From an uncultured delta proteobacterium (GTDB taxonomy: Bacteria > Desulfobacterota > Binatia > Binatales > Binataceae): DNA of 64,000 bases. Below are positions 1-10,268 of the stretch, piece by piece. The notes beneath the pieces are model-generated. The model saw only the letters and a list, made by a program, of their open reading frames with translations. It was not told the DNA's origin and did not search any database. The first letter of the stretch is position 1; every line of letters starts with the position of its first letter. The DNA is taken from assembly GCA_963842085.1 (NCBI GenBank), contig CAWJET010000001.1, positions 2,048,001 through 2,112,000 on the forward strand, in the 5' to 3' direction. Both the position numbers and the translations under genes were made by a program.

Positions 1-1200
1 TCTCTTGACGCCGGCGACGTGCATTGGGCTTTCTCAGGCCTTGATCTCGTGGACCACGACACCGGGGAAGTACTGGCAATCCTAACCCCTGCGGCGGACG
101 ACGCGATACTCGATCATTACGGCATCGCCGACGGACCATCTCTGCGCACCTGGCGAAGCGTGACCCCCATCGTCTTGCCGCAGGCCGCAGCGCGGCGCCG
201 GATTGAGCCCTTACGAAAAGTCGAAGAGGCAAAAGAGGGCCGTGAGCGTTTCGCGGAGCAAGCTCGCGCGGCGACTTCGGTTAGGCAAGCTTTGCGCCAC
301 GCCGGCGTCCGGCAGCGGCCGGAGGCAATCCGATTACAGCGGGAACCGTTCGAATCGAACGGCGCACGCGTCGAGGCCTTCGCAGACGGGACGAGGTTCG
401 CCAAAGAGCGCTTCTGGCACGTCGAGATCGCCTTCGGGGCGCCGGTGCTAGGGCCGCTGATAATTGGAGACGGGCGGTTCCTTGGTTTGGGCGTGATGGC
501 GCCGGCTGGCAGGACAGAAGGGATCCATGCCTTCGCCGTCAACTCAGGGCTCATCGAGAAAGCAGGTCCCACCGAGATTGCTCATGCAGCTCGCAGGGCA
601 GTGATGGCGAGGGTTCAAGATGTCCTCGGTTTTTGGGTTGCCTTGCCGGCATTCTTCTCCGGCCATGAACGGGACGGAGCGCCAGCAGGCACCTCGCACC
701 TTGCGTTCGCCTTCGATCCGCGAACACCACGCCTGCTCATTGTTGCTCCTCACATCCTTGATCGGAGGAAACCGACGGGAGAGGAAAAGCGTCACCTTAC
801 GACCTTGGAGAAGGCACTAGAGAGTTTCGAGGAATTGCGAGCCGGTTCGGCGGGCCACTTGGCGCTCCGTCAGACGTCGGTCGATACAGATAGCGATTCT
901 CTCATGGCTCCTTCGCGCGTTTGGCAAAGCGTGACGCCGTATCTGGTTACTCGCCATGCGAAATCCGGAGGTGCCGACGAAGCCTTGGTTATGGACCTGC
1001 GCGCGGATTGTCGCCGCCGGGGCCTGCCAGAGCCACTTGAGGTGAAACCGCTGGAGTCACGGGGGCTGCAGAACGTCGGATTGCTGGGTCGCGCCAGGCT
1101 GACTTTCGCAGTAGCCGTGAAAGGGCCGATTCTCCTCGGGAAGAGCCGCTATCGAGGAGGGGGGCTTTTTGCTCCTATAGGCGGAAGCCCAGAGAGGTAG
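1..1200 (+). CDS. csb2: Type I-G (I-U) CRISPR-associated Cas5/Cas6 protein Csb2, 5'-truncated by the window edge
   Basis: Frame is open from base 1. WxSVTP motifs and Gly-rich loops GPLIIGDGRFLGLG and GPILLGKSRYRGGGLF. Lies directly upstream of cas2. Confidence 0.85.
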   Translation, partial: SLDAGDVHWAFSGLDLVDHDTGEVLAILTPAADDAILDHYGIADGPSLRTWRSVTPIVLPQAAARRRIEPLRKVEEAKEGRERFAEQARAATSVRQALRHAGVRQRPEAIRLQREPFESNGARVEAFADGTRFAKERFWHVEIAFGAPVLGPLIIGDGRFLGLGVMAPAGRTEGIHAFAVNSGLIEKAGPTEIAHAARRAVMARVQDVLGFWVALPAFFSGHERDGAPAGTSHLAFAFDPRTPRLLIVAPHILDRRKPTGEEKRHLTTLEKALESFEELRAGSAGHLALRQTSVDTDSDSLMAPSRVWQSVTPYLVTRHAKSGGADEALVMDLRADCRRRGLPEPLEVKPLESRGLQNVGLLGRARLTFAVAVKGPILLGKSRYRGGGLFAPIGGSPER

Positions 1201-1208
1201 AGAAGTCC

Positions 1209-1538
1209 ATGCGCAATACGTATCTGGTCTGCTACGACATCTGCGATGACAAGCGGCTGCGGCAAGTTTTCAAGACGATGCGAGATTTCGGCGATCACCT
1301 CCAGTACTCCATCTTCGAGTGCCAATTCACTCCCGCTGACCTAGTGCGATGCCGTCACGCGCTGAGCGAGATTGTCGACCATCGGGATGATCAGGTCCTC
1401 TTCGTCGATCTGGGACCGGTGGAGGGCCGCGGCGATCGCGTAATCACGGCGTTGGGCAAGGCATATTCGCCGATCGACAGTCCCTGCATCGTCGTCGATG
1501 GCGAGAGTGATTCGCCATCGAAAGAGGAACGCTTCTGA
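1209..1538 (+). CDS. cas2: CRISPR-associated endonuclease Cas2
   Basis: YLVCYDICDDKRL and LQYSIFEC motifs; 109 aa. Confidence 0.97.
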   Translation: MRNTYLVCYDICDDKRLRQVFKTMRDFGDHLQYSIFECQFTPADLVRCRHALSEIVDHRDDQVLFVDLGPVEGRGDRVITALGKAYSPIDSPCIVVDGESDSPSKEERF

Positions 1539-1549
1539 GCGCGAGCCAG

Positions 1550-3376
1550 ATGTCGGATCAACCTCAATCGAAGCCAGTCGCAGTTCCAGCAGCCAACTCA
1601 CAACTAAAAACAAAAACGGATCGACCACCTCGCGTTGAGGTCGAACTTCCCGACTATCTGCCGGCGCGGATGCTGAACGAATTTGTCTACTGCCCGCGCC
1701 TTTTCTTTTACGAATGGGTGGAGGGGATCTTCGCCCACAGCGCAGACACGATTGAGGGCGAACTCCGCCACGAGAAGCTCGAGACGAAATCCGATCCGCT
1801 CCCACCGCCGGATCAAGAAGCGCAGATCCATTCGCGCTCGGTAAGTCTGAGCAGCGAGACGCATCGTCTCATTGCGAAAATGGATTTGGTGGAGGGCGAG
1901 GGCGGAACCGTCGTGCCAGTGGACTACAAGAAAGGAAGTCCACGAGATGGCGATGAAGGGCCGCAAGCCTGGCCTGCCGATCGGGTTCAACTTTGCTCCC
2001 AAGCCCTTATCCTTCGGGATAACGGCTACAAGTGCGACGAAGCCATCGCGTACTACCATGCGACGCGGCAGCGCGTGCGCGTCGCGATTGACGAGACGCT
2101 GATCTCGGAAACGCTCGCAGCTGTAGAGGGAGCGAGGGCGCTGGCGCTGCGTGGCCGAATTCCTAAACCGCTGGTGGACAGCCCGAAATGCCCTCGATGC
2201 TCGCTGGTCGGCATATGTCTTCCTGATGAGACGGGGCTCGTTGAGTCGTTGCCGGAGTTTACTCCAACTCCGCAGCTTTCCTTGTTCGATGGCGATGAGC
2301 CCGCGAACGGCGTGCCAGCGAAGTCCGACGATACGGTCCGCCGCCTTGTTCCGGCTCGTGACGATCTGCGCCCGCTCTACGTCACGGGTCACGGGCTGAT
2401 TATTGGCAAGAGCGGCGATGTTCTTCAGATTAAGGAACGCAAGAAATCTGTTCAGGAAGTCCGCGTCGGCGAGATCTCTCAGGTAAACGTGTTCGGAAAT
2501 GTGCAATTCAGCGCAGCGGCCCTTCAGGGGCTGTGCTGGGCGGAGAAGCCAGTCGCGCATTTCTCCTATGGCGGATGGTTCTACGGGCTGACGCAGGGTC
2601 TCGGTTTGAAGAACGTGTTCCTTCGGAAGCGGCAGTTCGCCCTGTCCGAAGATGCGTTCTTCTGCCTGAGCGTTGCGCGCGAGTTTGTTGCCGCGAAGAT
2701 TCGCAATCAACGAACGCTGCTTCGCCGTAACCACATCGAGCCGCCCGCAATCGCGGTCGCACAACTCAAGCGCTACGCCGGAGCCGCGATGAACGCCGAG
2801 GAACTCGATGAACTGCTCGGGATCGAGGGCAATGCGGCTCGCATTTACTTCGCCAACTTCACTGGCCTGGTGAAGGCGGACAACGAGGGCGGCGTTGCGC
2901 CCTTTACGTTCGAGTTCACTCGCCGGAATCGGCGCCCGCCGGTCGATCCGGTTAACGCGCTGCTCTCGTTCGCCTACAGCATGTTGGCGAAAGACCTGAC
3001 AATCATCTGTCACAGCGTCGGCCTTGATCCGTTTATCGGCTTCTTCCATCAACCTCGGTTCGGCCGTCCGGCACTGGCGCTGGACCTGATGGAGGAATTC
3101 AGGCCGCTGATCGCGGACTCTGTTGTTATCAGTGCGATTAACACCGGAATGGTAACGACCGGTGACTTCATTCGCGTCGGTCCAGCCGTCGCTCTCACGC
3201 CGAGCGGGCGAAAGGGTTTTCTGCGTGCGTACGAACAGCGCATGGATGCGCTCGTGACGCATCCACTGTTTGGATACCGAGTGAACTACCGGAGGGTTCT
3301 GGAGATTCAGACGAGACTGCTCGGTAGATTGCTCACCGGCGAAGCCCAGCGATATGTCGGTTTCGAAACGCGCTGA
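1550..3376 (+). CDS. cas4/cas1: Cas4-Cas1 fusion
   Basis: N-terminal Cas4 (YCPR, DLVE...DYKKG, CPRCSLVGIC Fe-S cysteines). C-terminal Cas1 (GIEGNAARIYF, DPVNALLSFAY, GFFH, LALDLMEEFRP). Confidence 0.97.
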   Translation: MSDQPQSKPVAVPAANSQLKTKTDRPPRVEVELPDYLPARMLNEFVYCPRLFFYEWVEGIFAHSADTIEGELRHEKLETKSDPLPPPDQEAQIHSRSVSLSSETHRLIAKMDLVEGEGGTVVPVDYKKGSPRDGDEGPQAWPADRVQLCSQALILRDNGYKCDEAIAYYHATRQRVRVAIDETLISETLAAVEGARALALRGRIPKPLVDSPKCPRCSLVGICLPDETGLVESLPEFTPTPQLSLFDGDEPANGVPAKSDDTVRRLVPARDDLRPLYVTGHGLIIGKSGDVLQIKERKKSVQEVRVGEISQVNVFGNVQFSAAALQGLCWAEKPVAHFSYGGWFYGLTQGLGLKNVFLRKRQFALSEDAFFCLSVAREFVAAKIRNQRTLLRRNHIEPPAIAVAQLKRYAGAAMNAEELDELLGIEGNAARIYFANFTGLVKADNEGGVAPFTFEFTRRNRRPPVDPVNALLSFAYSMLAKDLTIICHSVGLDPFIGFFHQPRFGRPALALDLMEEFRPLIADSVVISAINTGMVTTGDFIRVGPAVALTPSGRKGFLRAYEQRMDALVTHPLFGYRVNYRRVLEIQTRLLGRLLTGEAQRYVGFETR

Positions 3377-3556
3377 TCGAAGCGAGCGGCGAGGTGACCA
3401 TGAAAACCCGGCATCCGCTCGCGAACGGAAAAGCCTTGCCAATGCTATGGTTTAGGACTATCGGACTGGAGAGACTGCCGAGAGCGGCGTTGGGACCGGC
3501 GACCACTCGCAAAACGGCCCAAAGCTCTTTGAAAATTGAAGGCTTGAGAAGGACGC
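3377..3556 (+). promoter_or_regulatory. CRISPR leader
   Basis: 180-bp non-coding stretch between the cas1 stop and repeat 1. Contains GCGAGCGG/CCGCTCGC inverted motifs; the degenerate repeat is at the opposite end of the array. Confidence 0.85.
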
Positions 3557-6500
3557 ATTTCCGCGCTCCTCGGAGCGCGGCCACATTGAAGCGACTGGGA
3601 CGCTGGCGATTTCCGCGCTCCTCGGAGCGCGGCCACATTGAAGCGAACACGGCGGCATAGTGCCGTCAGCCGCGGGGGGCAATTTCCGCGCTCCTCGGAG
3701 CGCGGCCACATTGAAGCTGTTGCTTTCGAGGATACCAAATACCGGCAGCGAAATTTCCGCGCTCCTCGGAGCGCGGCCACATTGAAGCCCGTCGCGTCCC
3801 TATTCGAGCGGCTGAACATTCCGAATTTCCGCGCTCCTCGGAGCGCGGCCACATTGAAGCTATCTGCTGCATGACGGGAAGATTCTTGATTTCGCCGAAT
3901 TTCCGCGCTCCTCGGAGCGCGGCCACATTGAAGCCCGACCGGCATCGTCAACACGGGCGGTTGGTACGACGTCATTTCCGCGCTCCTCGGAGCGCGGCCA
4001 CATTGAAGCAAAAACTCGCGTACCTTTTCGATCGGCGTTCCCGCCAACATTTCCGCGCTCCTCGGAGCGCGGCCACATTGAAGCTTCGTCCCTGTGCATC
4101 ATCCAGTCGGGGCTGTATTTCATTTCCGCGCTCCTCGGAGCGCGGCCACATTGAAGCCGATGCCACTGGAACCCGGTAGACGCAGCGCGCCGTATTTCCG
4201 CGCTCCTCGGAGCGCGGCCACATTGAAGCTTTTCCAGCTTCGCGACTGCCGCCAGGTAGGCCTGGTCATTTCCGCGCTCCTCGGAGCGCGGCCACATTGA
4301 AGCGCTACCAGCCAGATTGCCATCGCCGTTTTCCTCCAATTTCCGCGCTCCTCGGAGCGCGGCCACATTGAAGCCTGAAGGCCGTGGCCAAGGGAGAACT
4401 GACGCTGGGCTTATTTCCGCGCTCCTCGGAGCGCGGCCACATTGAAGCCCGCCGACCGATATCTCCACCTGGGGCTGACCCGCATTTCCGCGCTCCTCGG
4501 AGCGCGGCCACATTGAAGCGAACACGAAGCTAAAGGAACTCGACGACAAAATCAATTTCCGCGCTCCTCGGAGCGCGGCCACATTGAAGCAGTATAAACT
4601 CGGCGCCTGGGCGGTCGCGCAACAAATTTCCGCGCTCCTCGGAGCGCGGCCACATTGAAGCAAGGTCATCGGGCCGCAGCAGCAATCCTTGCAATAGAGA
4701 TTTCCGCGCTCCTCGGAGCGCGGCCACATTGAAGCGATCCAGTAACCAGCTTCCTGTGCGGTCGAGACGAGACACATTTCCGCGCTCCTCGGAGCGCGGC
4801 CACATTGAAGCTATATGAACAACGGATCCGTCACCATAACAATTCTGATTTCCGCGCTCCTCGGAGCGCGGCCACATTGAAGCACGCTTCATTGTGAGAG
4901 TCTGATACTTGCTCTGCAAATTTCCGCGCTCCTCGGAGCGCGGCCACATTGAAGCTGAGATCATAGGCGCGACGGCCCAGTGAAATGAAGACATTTCCGC
5001 GCTCCTCGGAGCGCGGCCACATTGAAGCCCTACTCCTTCGAGGACTAGCAGCCTAATGAGGCGCAATTTCCGCGCTCCTCGGAGCGCGGCCACATTGAAG
5101 CGGAACCATGCAGTGTCAGTCCGCGAGGGCAGCAGCGCATTTCCGCGCTCCTCGGAGCGCGGCCACATTGAAGCCACCAAGACCCTTTAACAACCCGAAT
5201 AGCATCCCCCATTTCCGCGCTCCTCGGAGCGCGGCCACATTGAAGCACAATCTCCCATACATAGGATGTAAGAAAATGCTACACAATTTCCGCGCTCCTC
5301 GGAGCGCGGCCACATTGAAGCGGGCATGGGCGCGTCCCCTCATTCTGGTGAATGCAGATTTCCGCGCTCCTCGGAGCGCGGCCACATTGAAGCTTGGGAG
5401 CCAGGTTGGGATACGGGAGCGGCAGCATATTTCCGCGCTCCTCGGAGCGCGGCCACATTGAAGCGAGGAACTCTATGATGTCCTGTTCGCCGGGGAACAC
5501 CGATTTCCGCGCTCCTCGGAGCGCGGCCACATTGAAGCCTTGCTCAGCACGTCCTTCCCGCCGGGCGGCTTTCCATTTCCGCGCTCCTCGGAGCGCGGCC
5601 ACATTGAAGCAGCATCGAACCTCTGGTGTGCATCGCAAAAGATATCATTTCCGCGCTCCTCGGAGCGCGGCCACATTGAAGCCCTGTACATTTCATTGCC
5701 ATTTACGTTGCCTCCCGGATTTCCGCGCTCCTCGGAGCGCGGCCACATTGAAGCCAGGCGCTCAAGCGCATCTTCAGCGCGCGAAATTCGATTTCCGCGC
5801 TCCTCGGAGCGCGGCCACATTGAAGCGACGCCGCTGCGGCCTCAGTCAACCGCTGGCAGGCAGATTTCCGCGCTCCTCGGAGCGCGGCCACATTGAAGCG
5901 GGTCCAGCGTTAGCGGCAGCGACCCGACTGTCCATATTTCCGCGCTCCTCGGAGCGCGGCCACATTGAAGCTTGCTATGCGAGCTCGCTCACCTGGGGTA
6001 AGCGCGGATTTCCGCGCTCCTCGGAGCGCGGCCACATTGAAGCGACCGTATATCCGCGGTTCCGGCTCTCCCGCTCCGCATTTCCGCGCTCCTCGGAGCG
6101 CGGCCACATTGAAGCTTAGTCACCGTCACCGTGTTAGTATTCGATACGGTATTTCCGCGCTCCTCGGAGCGCGGCCACATTGAAGCAGTATCGTCAGGGC
6201 GCAAGACCAGCGGTTTGATCTTATTTCCGCGCTCCTCGGAGCGCGGCCACATTGAAGCACGACGACCGGCGGGATGCTCTCGCCTTTGACGGACATTTCC
6301 GCGCTCCTCGGAGCGCGGCCACATTGAAGCATGAAAAATGTTTGAACCAGCCCGACCGCATCCCCATATTTCCGCGCTCCTCGGAGCGCGGCCACATTGA
6401 AGCGATCTGATCATGGCGTGCGAGACTGCCGAGGCCGGCCATTTCCGCGCTCCTCGGAGCGCGGCCACATTGAAGCTTGACTAAAGCTTCTGGCGCCAGC

Positions 6501-9479
6501 ACTTCGGCAACGTTATTTCCGCGCTCCTCGGAGCGCGGCCACATTGAAGCCAGAATCCGGCACTCGTGCGCCTTTTGTAGACACAAATTTCCGCGCTCCT
6601 CGGAGCGCGGCCACATTGAAGCCGTTGCCCACGGCGCGCTAAAAGGCCGTTAGACCTGCATTTCCGCGCTCCTCGGAGCGCGGCCACATTGAAGCGCGCG
6701 CCATTCCGCGATCAGCTTGTCGATAAAGTCGGATTTCCGCGCTCCTCGGAGCGCGGCCACATTGAAGCTCGGATGCGGCATCGGTGCTCACCTCCTTGCG
6801 CACTATTTCCGCGCTCCTCGGAGCGCGGCCACATTGAAGCCCGCAGCCGCATGGCATCGATCTCCAAAACTTCGCAGATTTCCGCGCTCCTCGGAGCGCG
6901 GCCACATTGAAGCAAGACCCTCGGGATCCTGAACCGCCGCCGGCACGATAATTTCCGCGCTCCTCGGAGCGCGGCCACATTGAAGCTGGATCTCGAGCCG
7001 ATGCGGCGCGGCGGGCTGCGGGATATTTCCGCGCTCCTCGGAGCGCGGCCACATTGAAGCTACTTAGAGCGGCGTGGGCCGAAGGTGCGTAACAAATTTC
7101 CGCGCTCCTCGGAGCGCGGCCACATTGAAGCCGCAGCGTCCAGGATCTCCTCTACGCGTTCTTCGGTGATTTCCGCGCTCCTCGGAGCGCGGCCACATTG
7201 AAGCGGCGGCGTGGCCGAGATGCGTTTCGGGCGTGACGTTGCGATTTCCGCGCTCCTCGGAGCGCGGCCACATTGAAGCGAGAGTCGTTCCCCCAATTCC
7301 TTGAGGTCTTCCCGCGATTTCCGCGCTCCTCGGAGCGCGGCCACATTGAAGCGGTTCCATCCGCTGGTGACCCAAGGCATGCGCCTGCTGATTTCCGCGC
7401 TCCTCGGAGCGCGGCCACATTGAAGCCGCACCTACGGTGTCTCGCCGCCGGTGCAGTACGTCTCATTTCCGCGCTCCTCGGAGCGCGGCCACATTGAAGC
7501 GGCCTCGACACAATCATCACCCGCGCCTATCTGCGATTTCCGCGCTCCTCGGAGCGCGGCCACATTGAAGCTGGATGAGAAACTGCGGACCTTCCATTAC
7601 CGTCTTCTCTGATTTCCGCGCTCCTCGGAGCGCGGCCACATTGAAGCGGGAATGCGAGAGTTGACCGAGCAGGAACGGGGACTCGGATTTCCGCGCTCCT
7701 CGGAGCGCGGCCACATTGAAGCTCATCGCCGCGCGCAACTCCAGCCCTTCGAGCAACGCATTTCCGCGCTCCTCGGAGCGCGGCCACATTGAAGCATAAC
7801 CATGCCGCGCTGCAAGGTCTGCGGCTTTCTTTTCATTTCCGCGCTCCTCGGAGCGCGGCCACATTGAAGCTATATTGCCTATGCCTTGCGACGTTGCGCA
7901 ATACTTTATTTCCGCGCTCCTCGGAGCGCGGCCACATTGAAGCTATATTGCCTATGCCTTGCGACGTTGCGCAATACTTTATTTCCGCGCTCCTCGGAGC
8001 GCGGCCACATTGAAGCAGTCAAGACCCCAATAACCCGTTGTTGTGTTTGCGTATTTCCGCGCTCCTCGGAGCGCGGCCACATTGAAGCCCAGGACACCAG
8101 CTCACCTGGTCCGTCGCTCCTGGCGGCATTTCCGCGCTCCTCGGAGCGCGGCCACATTGAAGCGAAGCTCGCCGGGCTCGGCCAGCCGTCGGCCATCGGC
8201 TGATTTCCGCGCTCCTCGGAGCGCGGCCACATTGAAGCCAGGCGACCGCCTACAACCCGCAGGGTACGGGGTATATGTATTTCCGCGCTCCTCGGAGCGC
8301 GGCCACATTGAAGCAGCTTCAACCCCGGCGCGCTGCTCCCAACGGCGCCGAATTTCCGCGCTCCTCGGAGCGCGGCCACATTGAAGCCGCAGGAAGCTCC
8401 GCGCTCTCGGACGGTACAAAATGCTGTATTTCCGCGCTCCTCGGAGCGCGGCCACATTGAAGCCAAAAATTGAAGTGGTATTACTTCCTAAAGGTTGATT
8501 AATTTCCGCGCTCCTCGGAGCGCGGCCACATTGAAGCGTGGATCGCGCGGACGAACTCGGTGGTCGAACCAAATTTCCGCGCTCCTCGGAGCGCGGCCAC
8601 ATTGAAGCCGATCGCAACGTTGAGGCTCTTAAGCAGGATGACTCATTTCCGCGCTCCTCGGAGCGCGGCCACATTGAAGCTGGCGATCCGCGCGGAAGCG
8701 CAGCGGCTCGGAATCAATTTCCGCGCTCCTCGGAGCGCGGCCACATTGAAGCTTATTTGATGATGGCGTAACGCTTTGGTCGCTTGGAAAATTTCCGCGC
8801 TCCTCGGAGCGCGGCCACATTGAAGCCAGACGGCGCACGCGAAGAACATGGCCGCACGGCTATTTCCGCGCTCCTCGGAGCGCGGCCACATTGAAGCAAA
8901 CCGCGGCACCTGCTTTGAGGGACTTAGAGGCAAATTTCCGCGCTCCTCGGAGCGCGGCCACATTGAAGCTAGACCACCGCGACGACATTGGTGCCGTCGC
9001 ATCGGAGTATTTCCGCGCTCCTCGGAGCGCGGCCACATTGAAGCGGGAATTCCATCCTTTCCTCGTTTCGGTATGGCGACATTTCCGCGCTCCTCGGAGC
9101 GCGGCCACATTGAAGCGCGAGCGAGCACTTTAAGAGCGCGGTCGCGGTCAGAATTTCCGCGCTCCTCGGAGCGCGGCCACATTGAAGCGAGGATCGCGGG
9201 GCGATGCTTGTTGGGCAATCCCGCATATTTCCGCGCTCCTCGGAGCGCGGCCACATTGAAGCCACAGTTCATCGGCCAACCACCATCACGGAGCCGCATT
9301 TCCGCGCTCCTCGGAGCGCGGCCACATTGAAGCCAGACCCAGATCGCCGACGGGATGCAGTCGCTCACTGAAATTTCCGCGCTCCTCGGAGCGCGGCCAC
9401 ATTGAAGCTATTAGGGGAGGAACTATGGCATCAGCACTCGGAAATTTCCGCGCTCCTCGGAGCGCGGCCACGTTGAAGC
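3557..9479 (+). CRISPR. CRISPR array: 82 repeats of 36 bp (ATTTCCGCGCTCCTCGGAGCGCGGCCACATTGAAGC) and 81 spacers (35-40 bp, except spacer 1 = 16 bp)
   Basis: Repeats counted manually. Internal hairpin CCGCGCTCC-TC-GGAGCGCGG and 3' handle ATTGAAGC. The last repeat has A>G at 9472, marking the trailer end. Confidence 0.99.
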
Positions 9480-9504
9480 CGATGCGCTCTTGCTGCCCCC
9501 GATG

Positions 9505-9819
9505 CTACTCCAGATCCGGACGAGGTCCTTTCGTGGTTTTTCTCGCGTTCGTGATCTTGGCGGGGTCGATGTCAACCCAACCCCCTGCTCTGGCAGCTTC
9601 CAGCTCCTTAAGCGCCCTGGCAACGAGTGCCTCCGCGCCGTCGCGGCGATTGTGCTTGATAACGTAGGAGAGTGCGACTATCTCACCGTCCCGAACCAGC
9701 CGACAAGCATAGTCGGAAATCAGACTCAGGCCGGTGATGTTGGCTATCTCAGCGATGGAGATCGGATATTTCCATGTTTCCTCTCCGTTCGGGACGAGTT
9801 CTATGATGACACGCAACAT
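9505..9819 (-). CDS. Hypothetical protein (104 aa), third gene of the MTase-nuclease operon
   Basis: ATG start 32 bp after the nuclease stop; globular-looking sequence (MLRVIIELVPNG). Confidence 0.65.
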   Translation of the reverse strand: MLRVIIELVPNGEETWKYPISIAEIANITGLSLISDYACRLVRDGEIVALSYVIKHNRRDGAEALVARALKELEAARAGGWVDIDPAKITNARKTTKGPRPDLE

Positions 9820-9851
9820 CGATCGTCCGTCCTGATTTTAGGGATCAGAAG

Positions 9852-10265
9852 TCAGAGTTTGCCTTCATTCGCCAGAGCAACAAAGGCTTCCAGCGAAAGC
9901 ACCGTCACCGCCTCGGTGCCGACAAGGTGCTTCTGGATCTTCTCGACGTAATATTCCCTGAGCGTCCAGCCGGGTCCGCCAAGGACCACGTAGCCGCGTT
10001 TGTAGCTCGGAGCCTCCCTGATGGCTTCGGCGAGGCAAATGATCTCGAAAGGCACCTTCTGTTCGGCAGTGCCCGAACTCTGCTGCCACTTCATCGAGAT
10101 TAGGAACTCTTCGCCCGCTTTTTCGGCGGCCAGATCCACTTTGTGCCGTCCGCCGCCCGGACGCGAACCGACAAGCACCTGCTTGCGATATGAGTAGCCG
10201 CCACGTTTCAGAGCGGGCAGGACCATGCTCTCAAGGACGGCTCCAGTATTTGTGTTCCGCCCCAC
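9852..10265 (-). CDS. Small PD-(D/E)xK-superfamily nuclease (putative restriction endonuclease)
   Basis: E...VDL...ISMKWQQSSGTAEQK pattern; starts 3 bp after the MTase stop. Confidence 0.75.
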   Translation of the reverse strand: MGRNTNTGAVLESMVLPALKRGGYSYRKQVLVGSRPGGGRHKVDLAAEKAGEEFLISMKWQQSSGTAEQKVPFEIICLAEAIREAPSYKRGYVVLGGPGWTLREYYVEKIQKHLVGTEAVTVLSLEAFVALANEGKL

Positions 10266-10268
10266 CCT

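Noticed and set aside
1604-3442. 612-aa antisense ORF over cas4/cas1, and similar long shadow ORFs (43009-43821, 57462-58730, 60092-61276)
   Set aside because: No recognisable motifs; expected opposite GC-rich genes with strong codon bias.
3333-9667. Dozens of ORFs with repeated MWPRSEERGN / FRAPRSAATLK peptides
   Set aside because: They are translations of the CRISPR repeat, not genes.
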